Shown: piece after piece, positions 31,294 through 41,675 of the stretch
Numbering within the stretch: the stretch's first letter is position 1
Layout: each line of letters opens with the position of its first letter
Origin: Candidatus Bathyarchaeia archaeon
GTDB lineage: Archaea; Thermoproteota; Bathyarchaeia; Bathyarchaeales; Bathycorpusculaceae
Reading direction: 5' to 3'
Assembly (NCBI GenBank): GCA_038883795.1
Contig: JAVZLK010000002.1
Coordinates: 108,491-172,490, forward strand
DNA length: 64,000 nt
Program-made: the position numbers and the translations under genes
The notes under the pieces: model-generated
The model's database searches: none
The model's input: the letters and a program-made list of their open reading frames with translations, nothing else
Told to the model about the DNA's origin: nothing

Positions 31294-32270
31294 ATTTGAG
31301 CAGTGATGGGGAAGGGCGTGAGGATTCTGACCCTGCATTACCATTGCAGCATGTTGAGCCTACAAAGGTTCAACGTTGCCCAGAATGTGGCAGCACAAGA
31401 CTTATGCGAGATTATGAATGCGCCGAAATAGTTTGCATGGACTGCGGCTTCGTTGTGGCAGCAAAAATAGCCGATAGGGGACCAGAATGGCGAGCTTTTG
31501 ATGATGAACAGAGGGCTAAGAGAACAAGGGTTGGCGCTCCCCTAACTTATACCATACATGATAAAGGCTTGTCAACAATGATTGATTGGCATGACCGTGA
31601 CATTTATGGAAAAAGCTTGTCCCCTGGGCAAAAGGCACAGGTTTATCGCCTTAGAAAATGGCAACGTCGCATAAGGGTTTCTGATGCAACGGAACGTAAT
31701 CTCGCCTTTGCATTGTCTGAAATAACAAAGTTCGCTACCAACCTTAGCCTTCCCAAAAACATTCTTGAAACGGCATCCGTCATTTACAGAAAAGCGGTCA
31801 AGGAAAGATTGATCCGTGGAAGGTCTATTCAAGGCGTAACTGCTGCAGCAATTTATTTGGCCTGTAGACAATGCGGATTGCCCAGAACATTGGAGGAGAT
31901 AGCCCAAGCATCCAACGTAAACAAAAAAGAGATTGGTCGCAGTTATCGTTTCCTAATCAAAGAGCTTGATTATTCAATCCCACCGCTTAAGCCAAGCCAG
32001 TACATAACAAAGTTTTCAAACCAGCTAACAATGCAGGGAAAAGTTGAAGAAATCGCCCACAAAATTTTATCAGCAGCGAAAGAGCTAAAACTAACTTCTG
32101 GTCGCGGTCCCACAGGAATTGCTGCCGCTGCAAGTTATATCGCTTCTGTGTTAACTGGCGAAAGAAAAACCCAGAGGGAAATAGCCGAAATAGCGCAAGT
32201 AACAGAGGTTACCATTCGAAACCGCTACAAGGAACTCGTTGAAAGATTAATGTTTCAAATAACTATCTAA
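31290..32270 (+). CDS. tfb: Transcription initiation factor IIB
   Basis: CPECG Zn ribbon, GPEWRAF, two cyclin repeats, [13 protein letters not shown]. Confidence 0.97.
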   Translation: MNLSSDGEGREDSDPALPLQHVEPTKVQRCPECGSTRLMRDYECAEIVCMDCGFVVAAKIADRGPEWRAFDDEQRAKRTRVGAPLTYTIHDKGLSTMIDWHDRDIYGKSLSPGQKAQVYRLRKWQRRIRVSDATERNLAFALSEITKFATNLSLPKNILETASVIYRKAVKERLIRGRSIQGVTAAAIYLACRQCGLPRTLEEIAQASNVNKKEIGRSYRFLIKELDYSIPPLKPSQYITKFSNQLTMQGKVEEIAHKILSAAKELKLTSGRGPTGIAAAASYIASVLTGERKTQREIAEIAQVTEVTIRNRYKELVERLMFQITI

Positions 32271-32318
32271 ATTTTCTCTCCTTTTTCTATGCATATACTC
32301 AGCTTGTGTAAGTGCTTT

Positions 32319-32609
32319 TTAAAGAAGTTCTTCTTCCTCGCAGCTAGGGCATTCGCTGCTCTCTTCTTTTTCTTCCTCTAAAGGGTATGTAACCTCACGG
32401 AGTTCTTGGAGAAATTCCTGTGGGATTTTTTCTTTTAATGTTTTAGCTTCCTTTTTTAGTTTGTTTACTTCATTTTCTAACTCTTTTGCTTTTTCGCTTA
32501 GTTCCACAATTTCTTTAAGCTGTCCTATCTCCTCCAAAAGCATGCTTTTCTCCTTTTCTAAAGCCCTAATCTTTTCTTCCAACTTCGTTTTCATTTCAAC
32601 AGCCTTCAT
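32319..32609 (-). CDS. Coiled-coil protein with C-terminal CPSC and acidic tail
   Basis: Continuous heptad pattern; GAGGGTGA SD. Confidence 0.7.
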   Translation of the reverse strand: MKAVEMKTKLEEKIRALEKEKSMLLEEIGQLKEIVELSEKAKELENEVNKLKKEAKTLKEKIPQEFLQELREVTYPLEEEKEESSECPSCEEEELL

Positions 32610-32715
32610 AACCCTTCACCCCTCCTCCTCTTATATTTGGTTTACAATTAATAATTTATCCTCCTTGGAATGCAAAACACATTTTAACTTTAAATGACAA
32701 TTATTATAGGGGTTT

Positions 32716-33150
32716 GTGTTGGTTAAATGTCCAAAATGTGGTGTTGAAGCAGCCACACCAACTAAAACTTGGACCATTTCTCCTAAGAAACCAGTGAAAG
32801 AGGGCGAAGAAGTTGGAATTGTTATGGGAATATTTGAATGTCCAAATTGTAAAGCTAGATTTAGGTCTGCTTTGACTGCTGAAACTAGGGTTGAGGAGAG
32901 AGTAAGTATTAAAAATATGGTTGAAAGAATTAAAGGTATAAAGGGAGAGCTCATGCAGACTTTAAAGAATCTTCGTGAAAAAATAAAGACTTTAGAGACT
33001 GAACGGGCAAATTTGATGATTGAAATTGAAAAATTAAAGAAAGTTGCCGAATCAAGGGTTAGCGCCCTTGAAAGCGAGGTAAGCATGCTGCGAGAAGAGG
33101 TAAAGTCTCTAAGAGACCTTTTGGGGTATCCAGAAGAAACAGAAAAATAA
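32716..33150 (+). CDS. Cren7-like Zn-ribbon domain fused to a long coiled coil
   Basis: CPKCG...PTKTWTISPK...MGIFECPNCKARFRSAL resembles Cren7 P.K.W.L.PK...IGLF..P..GK.FR; C-terminal heptads. Confidence 0.65.
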   Translation: MLVKCPKCGVEAATPTKTWTISPKKPVKEGEEVGIVMGIFECPNCKARFRSALTAETRVEERVSIKNMVERIKGIKGELMQTLKNLREKIKTLETERANLMIEIEKLKKVAESRVSALESEVSMLREEVKSLRDLLGYPEETEK

Positions 33151-33163
33151 CAGTGATACCTGC

Positions 33164-33568
33164 TTAAGCTTTCAAATATTTTTTATAATATTCTTGAGCC
33201 TTGGCTACAGCTTTTTCTGGATTTTTTAGAATTAGATATTGTGTGTTTGGCGAAAGTTTCTGGCATTCGCTGAAATATTCAACAACCTTTTTCACGTTTC
33301 CTTCATAAATGGCTAAGCCGCCTGCAATTTCATACCATGTTCGTGCTCTGACAAGATCTTTTTCTTTCTCGAATTTTTTGGCGTTTTCTGCTGCTTCTTT
33401 CATAGATGTTGTGATTTTTCTCGGGTCAAGGAACATGGTATTGTATAATGCTTCATAGGTTTCTTTGTCGTCTCCGCAGATTTGTTCAAGTTCGGTTATT
33501 GTCTTTGCAGTTTCTGTGTCCGCCTTCTTTTCTTCTTTTTTCTTTCTAAATCTGTCAAGTATACCCAA
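33164..33568 (-). CDS. Hypothetical helical (TPR-like) protein
   Basis: 134 aa; GGAGG SD; helical-hairpin pattern. Confidence 0.65.
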   Translation of the reverse strand: MGILDRFRKKKEEKKADTETAKTITELEQICGDDKETYEALYNTMFLDPRKITTSMKEAAENAKKFEKEKDLVRARTWYEIAGGLAIYEGNVKKVVEYFSECQKLSPNTQYLILKNPEKAVAKAQEYYKKYLKA

Positions 33569-33654
33569 TGTTATTCCTCCTTTGTTTCAGTGTATTTAGG
33601 GTATGAGTATAAGTAACAGTTAATTTTAAAGGTTTGTTGCTTATAAAATACTTT

Positions 33655-34269
33655 ATGCCATACAAGTTTACCTTCGACCTTTCGAGGGTTCCCCGTTTCT
33701 TCTTTACTGAAGTAGCTAGGGTTGGGTTTCAGAAGGGTCTCCATAAAAGGGTTAGTGAGACTGTGCAGGAGATGATTAAAAAGTTTAGAATTCAAGAGAT
33801 TACGGGGCTCAACTTGTCTGACGCTGTTTCTCTCCTCCAAGACCTTATAGATATGCAAGCCAGAAACCTTTTAGAAAGGGAACGGTTTGAGCAGACGAGA
33901 AGAAGAGTTCTTTTTCTGCCGCATTGTTCTAGGAAATATATGGATAATCGTTGTAAGGCAACCTTTGACCCCAACATTCCATCATACAGTTGTGCGCATT
34001 GTTCCCCAGACTGCCTAATTAACAGGGCGGTGCTTCTCGCCGAAAAAAGGGGTTATGACGTCTACATATTGCCGGGCGGGTCGTGTGTTCAGAAAATTTT
34101 GAAAAATAATCATTATGATGGGGTTATTGGAGTTGCTTGTGGCGAAGAAATAAAATTAAGCGGTGAGGCATTAAGCCATTTGGGAATTGCTGGTCAAGCT
34201 GTTCCTTTAATAAAGAATGGTTGTGCAAACACCATTTTTAACATCGAAACTTTGTCAAATATCCTTTAA
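33655..34269 (+). CDS. DUF116 family Cys-rich protein
   Basis: LFLPHC...C...CAHCSPDC, ILPGGS, IGVAC, PLIKNGC. Confidence 0.85.
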   Translation: MPYKFTFDLSRVPRFFFTEVARVGFQKGLHKRVSETVQEMIKKFRIQEITGLNLSDAVSLLQDLIDMQARNLLERERFEQTRRRVLFLPHCSRKYMDNRCKATFDPNIPSYSCAHCSPDCLINRAVLLAEKRGYDVYILPGGSCVQKILKNNHYDGVIGVACGEEIKLSGEALSHLGIAGQAVPLIKNGCANTIFNIETLSNIL

Positions 34270-34291
34270 AGAAGAAGAGACTATCTTAAGA

Positions 34292-34453
34292 TTACTTTAC
34301 AAGTTCTCTTTTCTTCCAGCGCAAGTTTTTGCTTCGGCATTTTCTGCATTTAACTGCGGTTGCAGCATTTCTGGCGCCGCATTCTCTGCATATTTTCATG
34401 TATAATCTATGTTTTTGGGCGAGAGTTTTTTTAAGTGGATCCATTATTGGCAT
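34292..34453 (-). CDS. rpl40e: 50S ribosomal protein L40e (not in ORF track)
   Basis: Manual translation MPIMDPLKKTLAQKHRLYMKICRECGARNAATAVKCRKCRSKNLRWKKRELVK. Confidence 0.95.
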   Translation of the reverse strand: MPIMDPLKKTLAQKHRLYMKICRECGARNAATAVKCRKCRSKNLRWKKRELVK

Positions 34454-34555
34454 TTGGTTTGCCTCTGTTAAGTGGCTAAAAGTGAAATATTATACTGGAA
34501 AATATACTTTTTGCATTTTTATGAACGTTTCTCTGGGGCTTTCTAAACGGCGATT

Positions 34556-35416
34556 TTATGTCAGCAACTCTGCTACGTCGCTTGGTTTTTCTGCCACTTT
34601 CACGTTGGCTTTTTTGAAGGCTTCTATTTTGCTTTCTGCAGTTCCAGCTTTTCCCATCACTATGGCTCCAGCGTGCCCCATACGTTTTCCAGGCGGGGCA
34701 GTGCGTCCAGCTATGAAGGCCACGACAGGTTTTGGATATTTTTCTTTTTGTATGTATTCTGCGGCGAGTTCTTCGAGGTTTCCGCCTATTTCACCTATTA
34801 AGACGACAGCTTCTGTTTGCGGGTCTTCTTTAAACATTTTTAGGGCGTCTATGAAGTTTAAACCCGTTATTGGGTCTCCCCCTAAGCCGAGACATGTGGA
34901 TTGTCCTAAGCCTTTTCTTGTTAGGCTTGCTGCGATTTCGTATGTTAGGGTTCCGCTTCTTGAAACCATTCCTATGCTGCCTTTTTTGAAAATGTGGGCT
35001 GGCATTATTCCGAGTTTGCTTTCTTCTGGTGTGATTATGCCAGGCGTGTTTGGTCCAATTATTGTTGCTTTTAGTTGTTTTGCCGTTGCCATTAGGTTTA
35101 TTGCATCTTTTATGGGGATGTGCTCCGTTATTATCACAATGGTTCTTATCCCATTTTCAAGCGCTTCTAAGGCTGCGTCTGCGGCGAAGGGTGCTGGAAC
35201 GAAAATTATTGAGGCGTTTGCTGAATGTTTTTCTTGGGCTTCTTCCACGGTATCATAAACTGGGATTCCGTGGACTTGGGTTCCGCCTTTTCCGGGGGTT
35301 ACTCCAGCCACTATTTTTGTTCCGTATTCAAGCATGAGTTTTGTGTGGAAGCTTCCTTGGGTTCCTGTTATGCCTTGAACTATAGCGCGTGTATCTTTTC
35401 CTATTATTATTCCCAA
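34556..35416 (-). CDS. sucD: Succinyl-CoA synthetase alpha subunit
   Basis: [28 protein letters not shown]; TTG start at 35416 just after the sucC stop. Confidence 0.93.
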   Translation of the reverse strand: MGIIIGKDTRAIVQGITGTQGSFHTKLMLEYGTKIVAGVTPGKGGTQVHGIPVYDTVEEAQEKHSANASIIFVPAPFAADAALEALENGIRTIVIITEHIPIKDAINLMATAKQLKATIIGPNTPGIITPEESKLGIMPAHIFKKGSIGMVSRSGTLTYEIAASLTRKGLGQSTCLGLGGDPITGLNFIDALKMFKEDPQTEAVVLIGEIGGNLEELAAEYIQKEKYPKPVVAFIAGRTAPPGKRMGHAGAIVMGKAGTAESKIEAFKKANVKVAEKPSDVAELLT

Positions 35417-35417
35417 A

Positions 35418-36566
35418 TTATTCCCCTCCTTGTTTGGAGATTTCAACTGCTTTTTGTGCGGCTTCTTCCATGCTTTCTAAAACGTGGATTCCCGCTTCTT
35501 TCAGTATCCTTTTTCCCTCCTCTTCGTTTGTGCCTACAAGCCTAATAACCATGGGTTTTGTTACGCCCACCTTAGTTTTTGCTTCTAGAATTCCTCTTGC
35601 AACTTCGTCGCATCTTGTTATTCCGCCTAGAATGTTTATGAAAAGCGTCTTAACGTTTGGGTCTGAAAGCACTATTTTTAGGGCGGTGGCTATTTTTTCT
35701 GCTGGGGCGCCTCCGCCTACGTCTAAGAAGTTGGCTGGTTTTCCGCCATAATATTGGATTGTGTCCAAAGTTGCCATTACAAGGCCTGCCCCGTTGCCTA
35801 TGACGCCTATGTTTCCGTCCAGTTTGACGTAGGCTAAGTCGTTTTTTATGGCTTCTATTTCTTCTGAGGTTAGTTCACTTTCGCCTTCCAATAGCCTCTT
35901 CTTATATTCTTGGTGGCGGAATAGGGCGTTGTCATCAATTATTATGCGGGCGTCTGCTGCCACGAATTTACCATCAACCGTTTCCACAAGCGGGTTCATT
36001 TCAATTAATTCAGCATCGTAATCCATGCCAATTTTATATAGGGTTTCAAAGATTCTTGCAATTTCGGAAAGTTGACCGCCAGCATACCCCATTTTTCTTG
36101 CTATTTGTCTGGCATGAAAGGAGCGGAAGCCCTGTTGGGGGTTTATTGGGAATTTTATGACTTTTTCTGGGGATTTTTGGGCTACTTCTTCTATTTCCAT
36201 TCCGCCCACAGATGAGGCTATTGCGATGTAGCTTTGATGGAACCTGTCTGTTGTTATGCCAAAATATAATTCCCTTTTTATCTGCATCTGTTCCTCAATC
36301 CATATGCTTTTTACTGATATCCCTTTTATTTGCATTTTCAGCAGTTTTTCAGCAGCCTTCTCTACCCCTTCAATGGTTTCAGGGAAGAGAATTCCGCCAG
36401 CCTTCCCCCTTCCAGCAACCAAAACTTGCGCTTTCACTGCGAAGGGTGGTTTTATCTGGCTTGCCACTTCTCTGGCTTGGTTTGGGTTTGTGGCTAGTCC
36501 TCCCTTTGGTGTTGGTATTCCATATTTTGCGAGTATATTTTTTGCTTCATATTCGAAAAGTTTCAT
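35418..36566 (-). CDS. sucC: Succinyl-CoA synthetase beta subunit
   Basis: [43 protein letters not shown]. Confidence 0.95.
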   Translation of the reverse strand: MKLFEYEAKNILAKYGIPTPKGGLATNPNQAREVASQIKPPFAVKAQVLVAGRGKAGGILFPETIEGVEKAAEKLLKMQIKGISVKSIWIEEQMQIKRELYFGITTDRFHQSYIAIASSVGGMEIEEVAQKSPEKVIKFPINPQQGFRSFHARQIARKMGYAGGQLSEIARIFETLYKIGMDYDAELIEMNPLVETVDGKFVAADARIIIDDNALFRHQEYKKRLLEGESELTSEEIEAIKNDLAYVKLDGNIGVIGNGAGLVMATLDTIQYYGGKPANFLDVGGGAPAEKIATALKIVLSDPNVKTLFINILGGITRCDEVARGILEAKTKVGVTKPMVIRLVGTNEEEGKRILKEAGIHVLESMEEAAQKAVEISKQGGE

Positions 36567-36577
36567 TTCTTTCACTC

Positions 36578-37036
36578 TCACTTTATGGATTCTATTGTGA
36601 CATAGGATTTTGTATCTTGTACACCATCAATAGAGGCTAACTTTTTTAAGACTTCGTCGAGTTTTCCCCTATCAACTATTAATAAGGCGTCAACATCGCC
36701 TGCTATTCTGAAGGCTCTTTGGAGGGCGAGTTCTTTAACTTTCTCGTAAGCATACATTCGCTTGTGGGGTGAAACCTTGAGAAATACAAAGGCGGGGTTT
36801 CCGGACACGCCAAGCGCCTCTAACCCTTTCTCGGTTACGTCTATGAAACCTCTTCCAGTGCGTATATAATTTAAGTCTCTGAGTTTTCGAAGGTGAATGT
36901 TTAAGGCTTGCCTGCTTATTCCAAGCTGTTTCGCCAACTCATCCTGTTTTACATGGAGAGTATATGTGCTTGTGGATTTTCCTTTTTCATAAAGCATTCG
37001 CAGCAATTGAACTGAACGTCTTGTAAGTGCTTCCAA
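36578..37036 (-). CDS. Lrp/AsnC-family transcriptional regulator
   Basis: QDELAKQLGISRQALNIHLRKL HTH plus RAM-like domain (IAGDVD). Confidence 0.8.
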   Translation of the reverse strand: MEALTRRSVQLLRMLYEKGKSTSTYTLHVKQDELAKQLGISRQALNIHLRKLRDLNYIRTGRGFIDVTEKGLEALGVSGNPAFVFLKVSPHKRMYAYEKVKELALQRAFRIAGDVDALLIVDRGKLDEVLKKLASIDGVQDTKSYVTIESIK

Positions 37037-37244
37037 AGCATTTCCCTCTTTATGTTTTGTTAAGTTTAGACTTTACAATAGTACCGCTTATTTAAAAGTT
37101 TAGCAAAGAGAAAGCGTTAAACTACATTCTTTTTTGAATTTTCTTTTTATTGAATAGAAGTAAAAACCGTAATGTATTTATTTATCGATAAAAAAGGTTA
37201 TGAAGCCATAGAAAACGTGAAAACTAGGAGTGAGGCGGTACAAA

Positions 37245-37523
37245 ATGTCAGAAAGCAACTCAGTGCTGATCGGGAGAAAGCCAGTAATGAACTATGTACT
37301 GGCTTGCATAACCCTCTTTCACGGCGGAGCAAAAGAAGTGAATATTAAAGCAAGAGGGAGAGCCATAAGCCGAGCAGTTGACGTCGTTGAAGTTGTCAGA
37401 CGCCGATTCCTACCAGATGTGAAAATCAAGAAAGTTGGTGTGGGAACAGAGCAGGTGGCACCCAGAGAAGAGGGTGGCACGCCCACAAACGTTAGCACCA
37501 TTGAGATAACACTAGAACGTTAA
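37245..37523 (+). CDS. albA: Chromatin protein Alba
   Basis: [31 protein letters not shown]. Confidence 0.97.
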   Translation: MSESNSVLIGRKPVMNYVLACITLFHGGAKEVNIKARGRAISRAVDVVEVVRRRFLPDVKIKKVGVGTEQVAPREEGGTPTNVSTIEITLER

Positions 37524-37594
37524 ATTCAGCAACTCTACACAAAATTTGCAATGCTCCGCCGCCCCTCCTTTATTTGTGGAGGGCGCCTTTCTAG

Positions 37595-38104
37595 GTGAAA
37601 ACAGAATTATGCAGTTTCTGTTTGAAAAGTGGGATACTGTGCCAAAAGTGTTTAGCTAAAGTTGAGTCTGGCGAAATAACAGAATTGGACTTGAAAGTTG
37701 CCCGTTTGCTCTTATCCCTAGAAGAGAAGTTTCCCTCCCTTCAAAACGTTTATTTTCATAAAGCTGTGGACGCTGGCAAAACTTTAGCAGTAATTGTTGG
37801 ACCTGGCGATGTGCCCCGTCTTTTGGGTTATGGCGGCAAAATAATAAAGGCATTAGGCGAGGAAGTTGGCAAAAGTGTTCGTGTTTTGGAGCATGGAGTT
37901 GATGACAGAAAATTTTTGGAAGACTTATTCGCCCCTCTAAGCATAGTTACCATTAACACTATTTGGCTTCCAGATGGAACCACTGAGACCAGAGTAATCC
38001 TAAAGAAGAGGCGTGGTTCTCAGCCGCCTTTTGATGTAAAAGCTTTAAAGGAGATTGCTCGTAAAGTTCGCAACATGACTTTGCGAGTTGAATTTACAGA
38101 TTAG
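37595..38104 (+). CDS. NusA-like KH-domain protein with N-terminal Cys cluster
   Basis: CSFCLKSGILCQKC; LLGYGGK GxxG loop; INTIWLPDG. Confidence 0.8.
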   Translation: MKTELCSFCLKSGILCQKCLAKVESGEITELDLKVARLLLSLEEKFPSLQNVYFHKAVDAGKTLAVIVGPGDVPRLLGYGGKIIKALGEEVGKSVRVLEHGVDDRKFLEDLFAPLSIVTINTIWLPDGTTETRVILKKRRGSQPPFDVKALKEIARKVRNMTLRVEFTD

Positions 38105-38114
38105 AGCTTGACGG

Positions 38115-39443
38115 GTGCCATATATGAAGTTGGATTCCATTGGTGATTGGCGGAGAACCCATTATTCGGTTGACGTGAAGCCAGAAATGGATGGTTTGGA
38201 AGTTACGCTTTTCGGTTGGGTTCAAGAGATTAGGGATTTGGGTGGAATTCGCTTTATAATATTGCAGGATAGAGAAGGAACCATTCAAATCACTATTCCA
38301 CGAAAAAAGGTTTCAAGCGAAGTTTTGGCGAAGTCTGATGTTTTGCAGAAGAGGTATAGCATAGGCGTGAAAGGAACCGTGAAAAAGACTGAAGTAACTC
38401 CAAGGGGGGTCGAAGTTATACCGAAGGAGATTAAAATTTTTGGCACAGCTACTTCTCAACTTCCAATAGATATTACTGGAAAGACGCCTGCGGGTTTGGA
38501 AACGCGGTTAGATGCAAGAGCCTTAGACCTTTGCCAAGACAAAAACATAGCAGTTTTTAAAATTCAGCACACAGCCGTAGAAGCCATTCGAGACTTTCTA
38601 TTCGAAAGAGGCTTCATAGAAGTGCATACACCAAGGATTATTGCTTCCGCAACTGAAGGCGGCGCAGCCTTATTCCCAGTGGATTATTTTGGAAGGAAAG
38701 CCTTTCTCGCCCAAAGTCCCCAATTGTATAAAGAGCAGCTTGTCATGAGCCTTGAAAAAGTTTTCGAGGTGGGTCCATTTTTTAGGGCTGAGGAATCCCA
38801 TACAAGATTTCATGCCAGCGAGTTTGTTTCCATCGATATCGAGCAAGCTTTTGCAGATGCTGAAGATGTGATGCAGTTGCTTGAAAGGTTGATGCAGCAT
38901 GTTTGCAAAGTTGTGAATGAAAAATGCGGGAAAGAGTTGGCTTTGCTGAAGCATAAAGTCGAGGTGCCGACAGTTCCCTTTAAACGGTTTACTTACGATG
39001 AAGTTCTCAAAGAATTGGAAAGGGAAGGCGTAAATGTTCCATGGGGAGAAGACATTCCAACTCCAGCCCTAAGAGCTCTTGGAAAAATTCACCCATACTT
39101 CTATTTCATAACCGACTGGCCCACGCACTCCAAAGCCTTTTACATAAAACCTCGGGATGATAAACCAGAAATTTGCGAGGGCTTCGATTTGATGTGGCGT
39201 TGGCTTGAGCTTGTTTCTGGCGGGACAAGAATTGCAGATAAGGAGCTTTTGATGAAACGTTTGCAGGAGAAGGGGTTAAACCCAGAGGCCTTCAAGTTTC
39301 ATTTGCAAGCTTTTGATTTTGGGATGCCGCCGCATGCGGGTTGGGCTATTGGCTTAGAAAGGCTGACGATGATGTTGACGGGTAAAAGAAATATCAGAGA
39401 AGTTACTCTTTATCCTAGAGACAAGTTTAGAGTAACTCCATAA
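38115..39443 (+). CDS. aspS: Aspartyl-tRNA synthetase (likely non-discriminating)
   Basis: GWVQEIRDLGG OB fold, AQSPQLYK, FRAEES, PPHAGWAIGLERL; Pro in the L1 loop (TPRGVE). Confidence 0.95.
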   Translation: MPYMKLDSIGDWRRTHYSVDVKPEMDGLEVTLFGWVQEIRDLGGIRFIILQDREGTIQITIPRKKVSSEVLAKSDVLQKRYSIGVKGTVKKTEVTPRGVEVIPKEIKIFGTATSQLPIDITGKTPAGLETRLDARALDLCQDKNIAVFKIQHTAVEAIRDFLFERGFIEVHTPRIIASATEGGAALFPVDYFGRKAFLAQSPQLYKEQLVMSLEKVFEVGPFFRAEESHTRFHASEFVSIDIEQAFADAEDVMQLLERLMQHVCKVVNEKCGKELALLKHKVEVPTVPFKRFTYDEVLKELEREGVNVPWGEDIPTPALRALGKIHPYFYFITDWPTHSKAFYIKPRDDKPEICEGFDLMWRWLELVSGGTRIADKELLMKRLQEKGLNPEAFKFHLQAFDFGMPPHAGWAIGLERLTMMLTGKRNIREVTLYPRDKFRVTP

Positions 39444-39581
39444 ATTTCTTCATACTTTTGGCGCTTTTCCATCGCAATAGCGCCCTACCCTCTCTAGGTT
39501 TTTTCTGGTTTTATTTTATAGAGGTATATTACAGAATGGATAAAGAGGAGACTGCGAACTATTTATGGTGGAGGAGGAAAT

Positions 39582-40019
39582 ATGAAGAAGAAATATTCCT
39601 TGTTGTCTCTTGCCGTAGCCGCATTGCTTATCACAATTAGCCTTTCAACTATACGTTCAGAAGAAACGCAATGGCTTTGTTTTGCATGCGAAGACGGCGG
39701 CGTAGTTGACAAAACACCATGCGAAGCTTTTACCGTGAAAATAGTTTTCAAAAACACTGGAAAATGTGAAGGAACATGGTCTATAAACATAGCCTTTGAA
39801 GGCGAAACTTGGAGCTGGAGCGGAACACCGCAAACATTAACTCTCAAACCATACAAAACAAAAACTTTAACATGGAATGGCACCGTTCCATGCGATGCTC
39901 CAATAAACTCCATAGCACGCCTAATAGTCTATTACAATGACTCTTTTGCTGCGCTGAACTGGTGGATTCACATCATTTCAGGAACAGAACTTACAATAAC
40001 TTCAAGCACTGTGGAATAA
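39582..40019 (+). CDS. Small secreted beta-sandwich (CARDB/Ig-like) protein
   Basis: Signal peptide; FKNTG...TLKPYKTKTLTW motif; GGAGG SD. Confidence 0.7.
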   Translation: MKKKYSLLSLAVAALLITISLSTIRSEETQWLCFACEDGGVVDKTPCEAFTVKIVFKNTGKCEGTWSINIAFEGETWSWSGTPQTLTLKPYKTKTLTWNGTVPCDAPINSIARLIVYYNDSFAALNWWIHIISGTELTITSSTVE

Positions 40020-40132
40020 AAGGGTCTATTGGGCATTCGTTCTGTAAAATTTAACATATTTTTTAGTTAAAAATGTCATAAAAACTGATAAACACCAACT
40101 TCTCTATTCGCAACAAGAGGCGAAAGGCCAAA

Positions 40133-41620
40133 ATGGGTTGTGGCGTATTTGGAGCAATAAACTTCGAAGAACAGCCCATATTCCCATACATTTACTGGGG
40201 CATGAGAGCCCAAAACCACAGAGGTCACCAATCCCATGGCTTCCTAACCTTTGATAATGGAAAATTTCATGTGCACAGAAGCTTAGACCTAATACCAAAA
40301 ATAAAGACAAGCGCCATCCAAGAATGGTTTGGACGTTTGCCTGGGCGCATGGGTATAGCAAATGTTAGGTATACCACTTCTGGAAAATGTGATGAAAAAT
40401 CCCTTATAAAGGGCACTCAACCAGTTACCGCTTCAAAAAATGGGTTTTCGGTGGCTGTTTCTTTTAATGGTAATGTTGTTAACGTATTCCAGGTTAAAGA
40501 GGAAATAAGCAAATATTTTCCAAAATTTTCTTACGAATGCGATGCCGACCTTGTTTCTCATAAACTCCTAATCGAATTATTGAAAAAGAAAGATATTGCG
40601 TCAGCAGTAAAAACGTGCATGGAAGAAATTGAAGGAGCCTTTTCCGTGGCGTGCATAACAAAGAATGGCGAGTTCTTCGCCTTCAAAGACCCAAATGGCA
40701 TCAGACCATTATGTGCCGGGCACAGCGAAGACAGAACAACTTACGCTTTCTCCTCAGAAACTGTAGGCTTAGACATAAACGGCTTCAAAAAAGCCTTTGA
40801 AATTGAGCCAGGCGAACTTGTAACAGTTTCAAAAGATGGGTTTCAAAGGGAGAAATTGGTGAATGGTAGATGCAAGGCTTTCTGTGCTTTCGAATTTGCA
40901 TATTTCGCCAGACCAGACTCATGCTTTGATAACAAATATGTTTATGAAGTTAGAGAAGAGTTTGGAAGAAACCTTGTTAGAGAAAATCCAGAGATAGCCA
41001 AAAACGCAGACATAGTCATATCCATCCCAGAAACAGGCGACGACGCAGCCTTCGGAGTTCATGAAGAGTCTGGCTTAAAATGGGAAAGGGCTTCACGAAG
41101 GCACCGTTTTGTAACAGAAAGAGCCTTTATACTACTGAATAGGGAGCGTTATGCGACCATAGACCGCAAAATTAACATTATAGCCTCTAAAGTTAATGGA
41201 AAACGAGTCATAGTAACCGAAGACAGCATAGTACGCGGCGACACAACAAAAATAGTAATAGAAAAACTTCGCAGAATGGGCGCGAAGAAGGTTTACATGT
41301 TTGTAACTTTCCCACGCATAATTGGACCATGCTTCTATGGAATAGACATGGCAACATACGGTCAACTAATAGGCTCAAAGCATACGGCGGAAGAAATAGC
41401 AAAAATAATTGGCGCGGATGCCGTCTGCTACCAATCAATAGAAGGTTTCATAAAAGCCACTGGTTTCCGCAGCGACCAACTTTGTTTGGCATGCGTAACT
41501 GGCAAATATCCTACGCCGCTAGCGCAAAAAATTGCGGATGAGATTAAAAAGAAGTTCCTTGAAGGCTACGAGGAACAAGGGAGACTTTACGAAATATCTG
41601 AGGCTTTCCAAAAAGCCTAA
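40133..41620 (+). CDS. purF: Amidophosphoribosyltransferase (Fe-S type)
   Basis: MGCGVFG Ntn Cys, NHRG, VRYTT, DSIVRG PRPP loop, four Cys (CAFE, PCFYG, CLAC). Confidence 0.93.
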   Translation: MGCGVFGAINFEEQPIFPYIYWGMRAQNHRGHQSHGFLTFDNGKFHVHRSLDLIPKIKTSAIQEWFGRLPGRMGIANVRYTTSGKCDEKSLIKGTQPVTASKNGFSVAVSFNGNVVNVFQVKEEISKYFPKFSYECDADLVSHKLLIELLKKKDIASAVKTCMEEIEGAFSVACITKNGEFFAFKDPNGIRPLCAGHSEDRTTYAFSSETVGLDINGFKKAFEIEPGELVTVSKDGFQREKLVNGRCKAFCAFEFAYFARPDSCFDNKYVYEVREEFGRNLVRENPEIAKNADIVISIPETGDDAAFGVHEESGLKWERASRRHRFVTERAFILLNRERYATIDRKINIIASKVNGKRVIVTEDSIVRGDTTKIVIEKLRRMGAKKVYMFVTFPRIIGPCFYGIDMATYGQLIGSKHTAEEIAKIIGADAVCYQSIEGFIKATGFRSDQLCLACVTGKYPTPLAQKIADEIKKKFLEGYEEQGRLYEISEAFQKA

Positions 41621-41675
41621 AGCCAAAAATAAAATAGGCTTCAACCTCATTTCCTAAAAATAAAGGGCGCATGAA

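Noticed and set aside
34329-35258. 309-aa plus-strand ORF
   Set aside because: Antisense shadow of sucD and rpl40e; no motifs. The same applies to the many short antisense ORFs over cdc48, purL, EF-2 and hisS.
37555-37590. GC-rich hairpin after alba (CCCTCC/GGAGGG)
   Set aside because: Short stem that overlaps the likely SD of the next gene; not enough to call a terminator or ncRNA.
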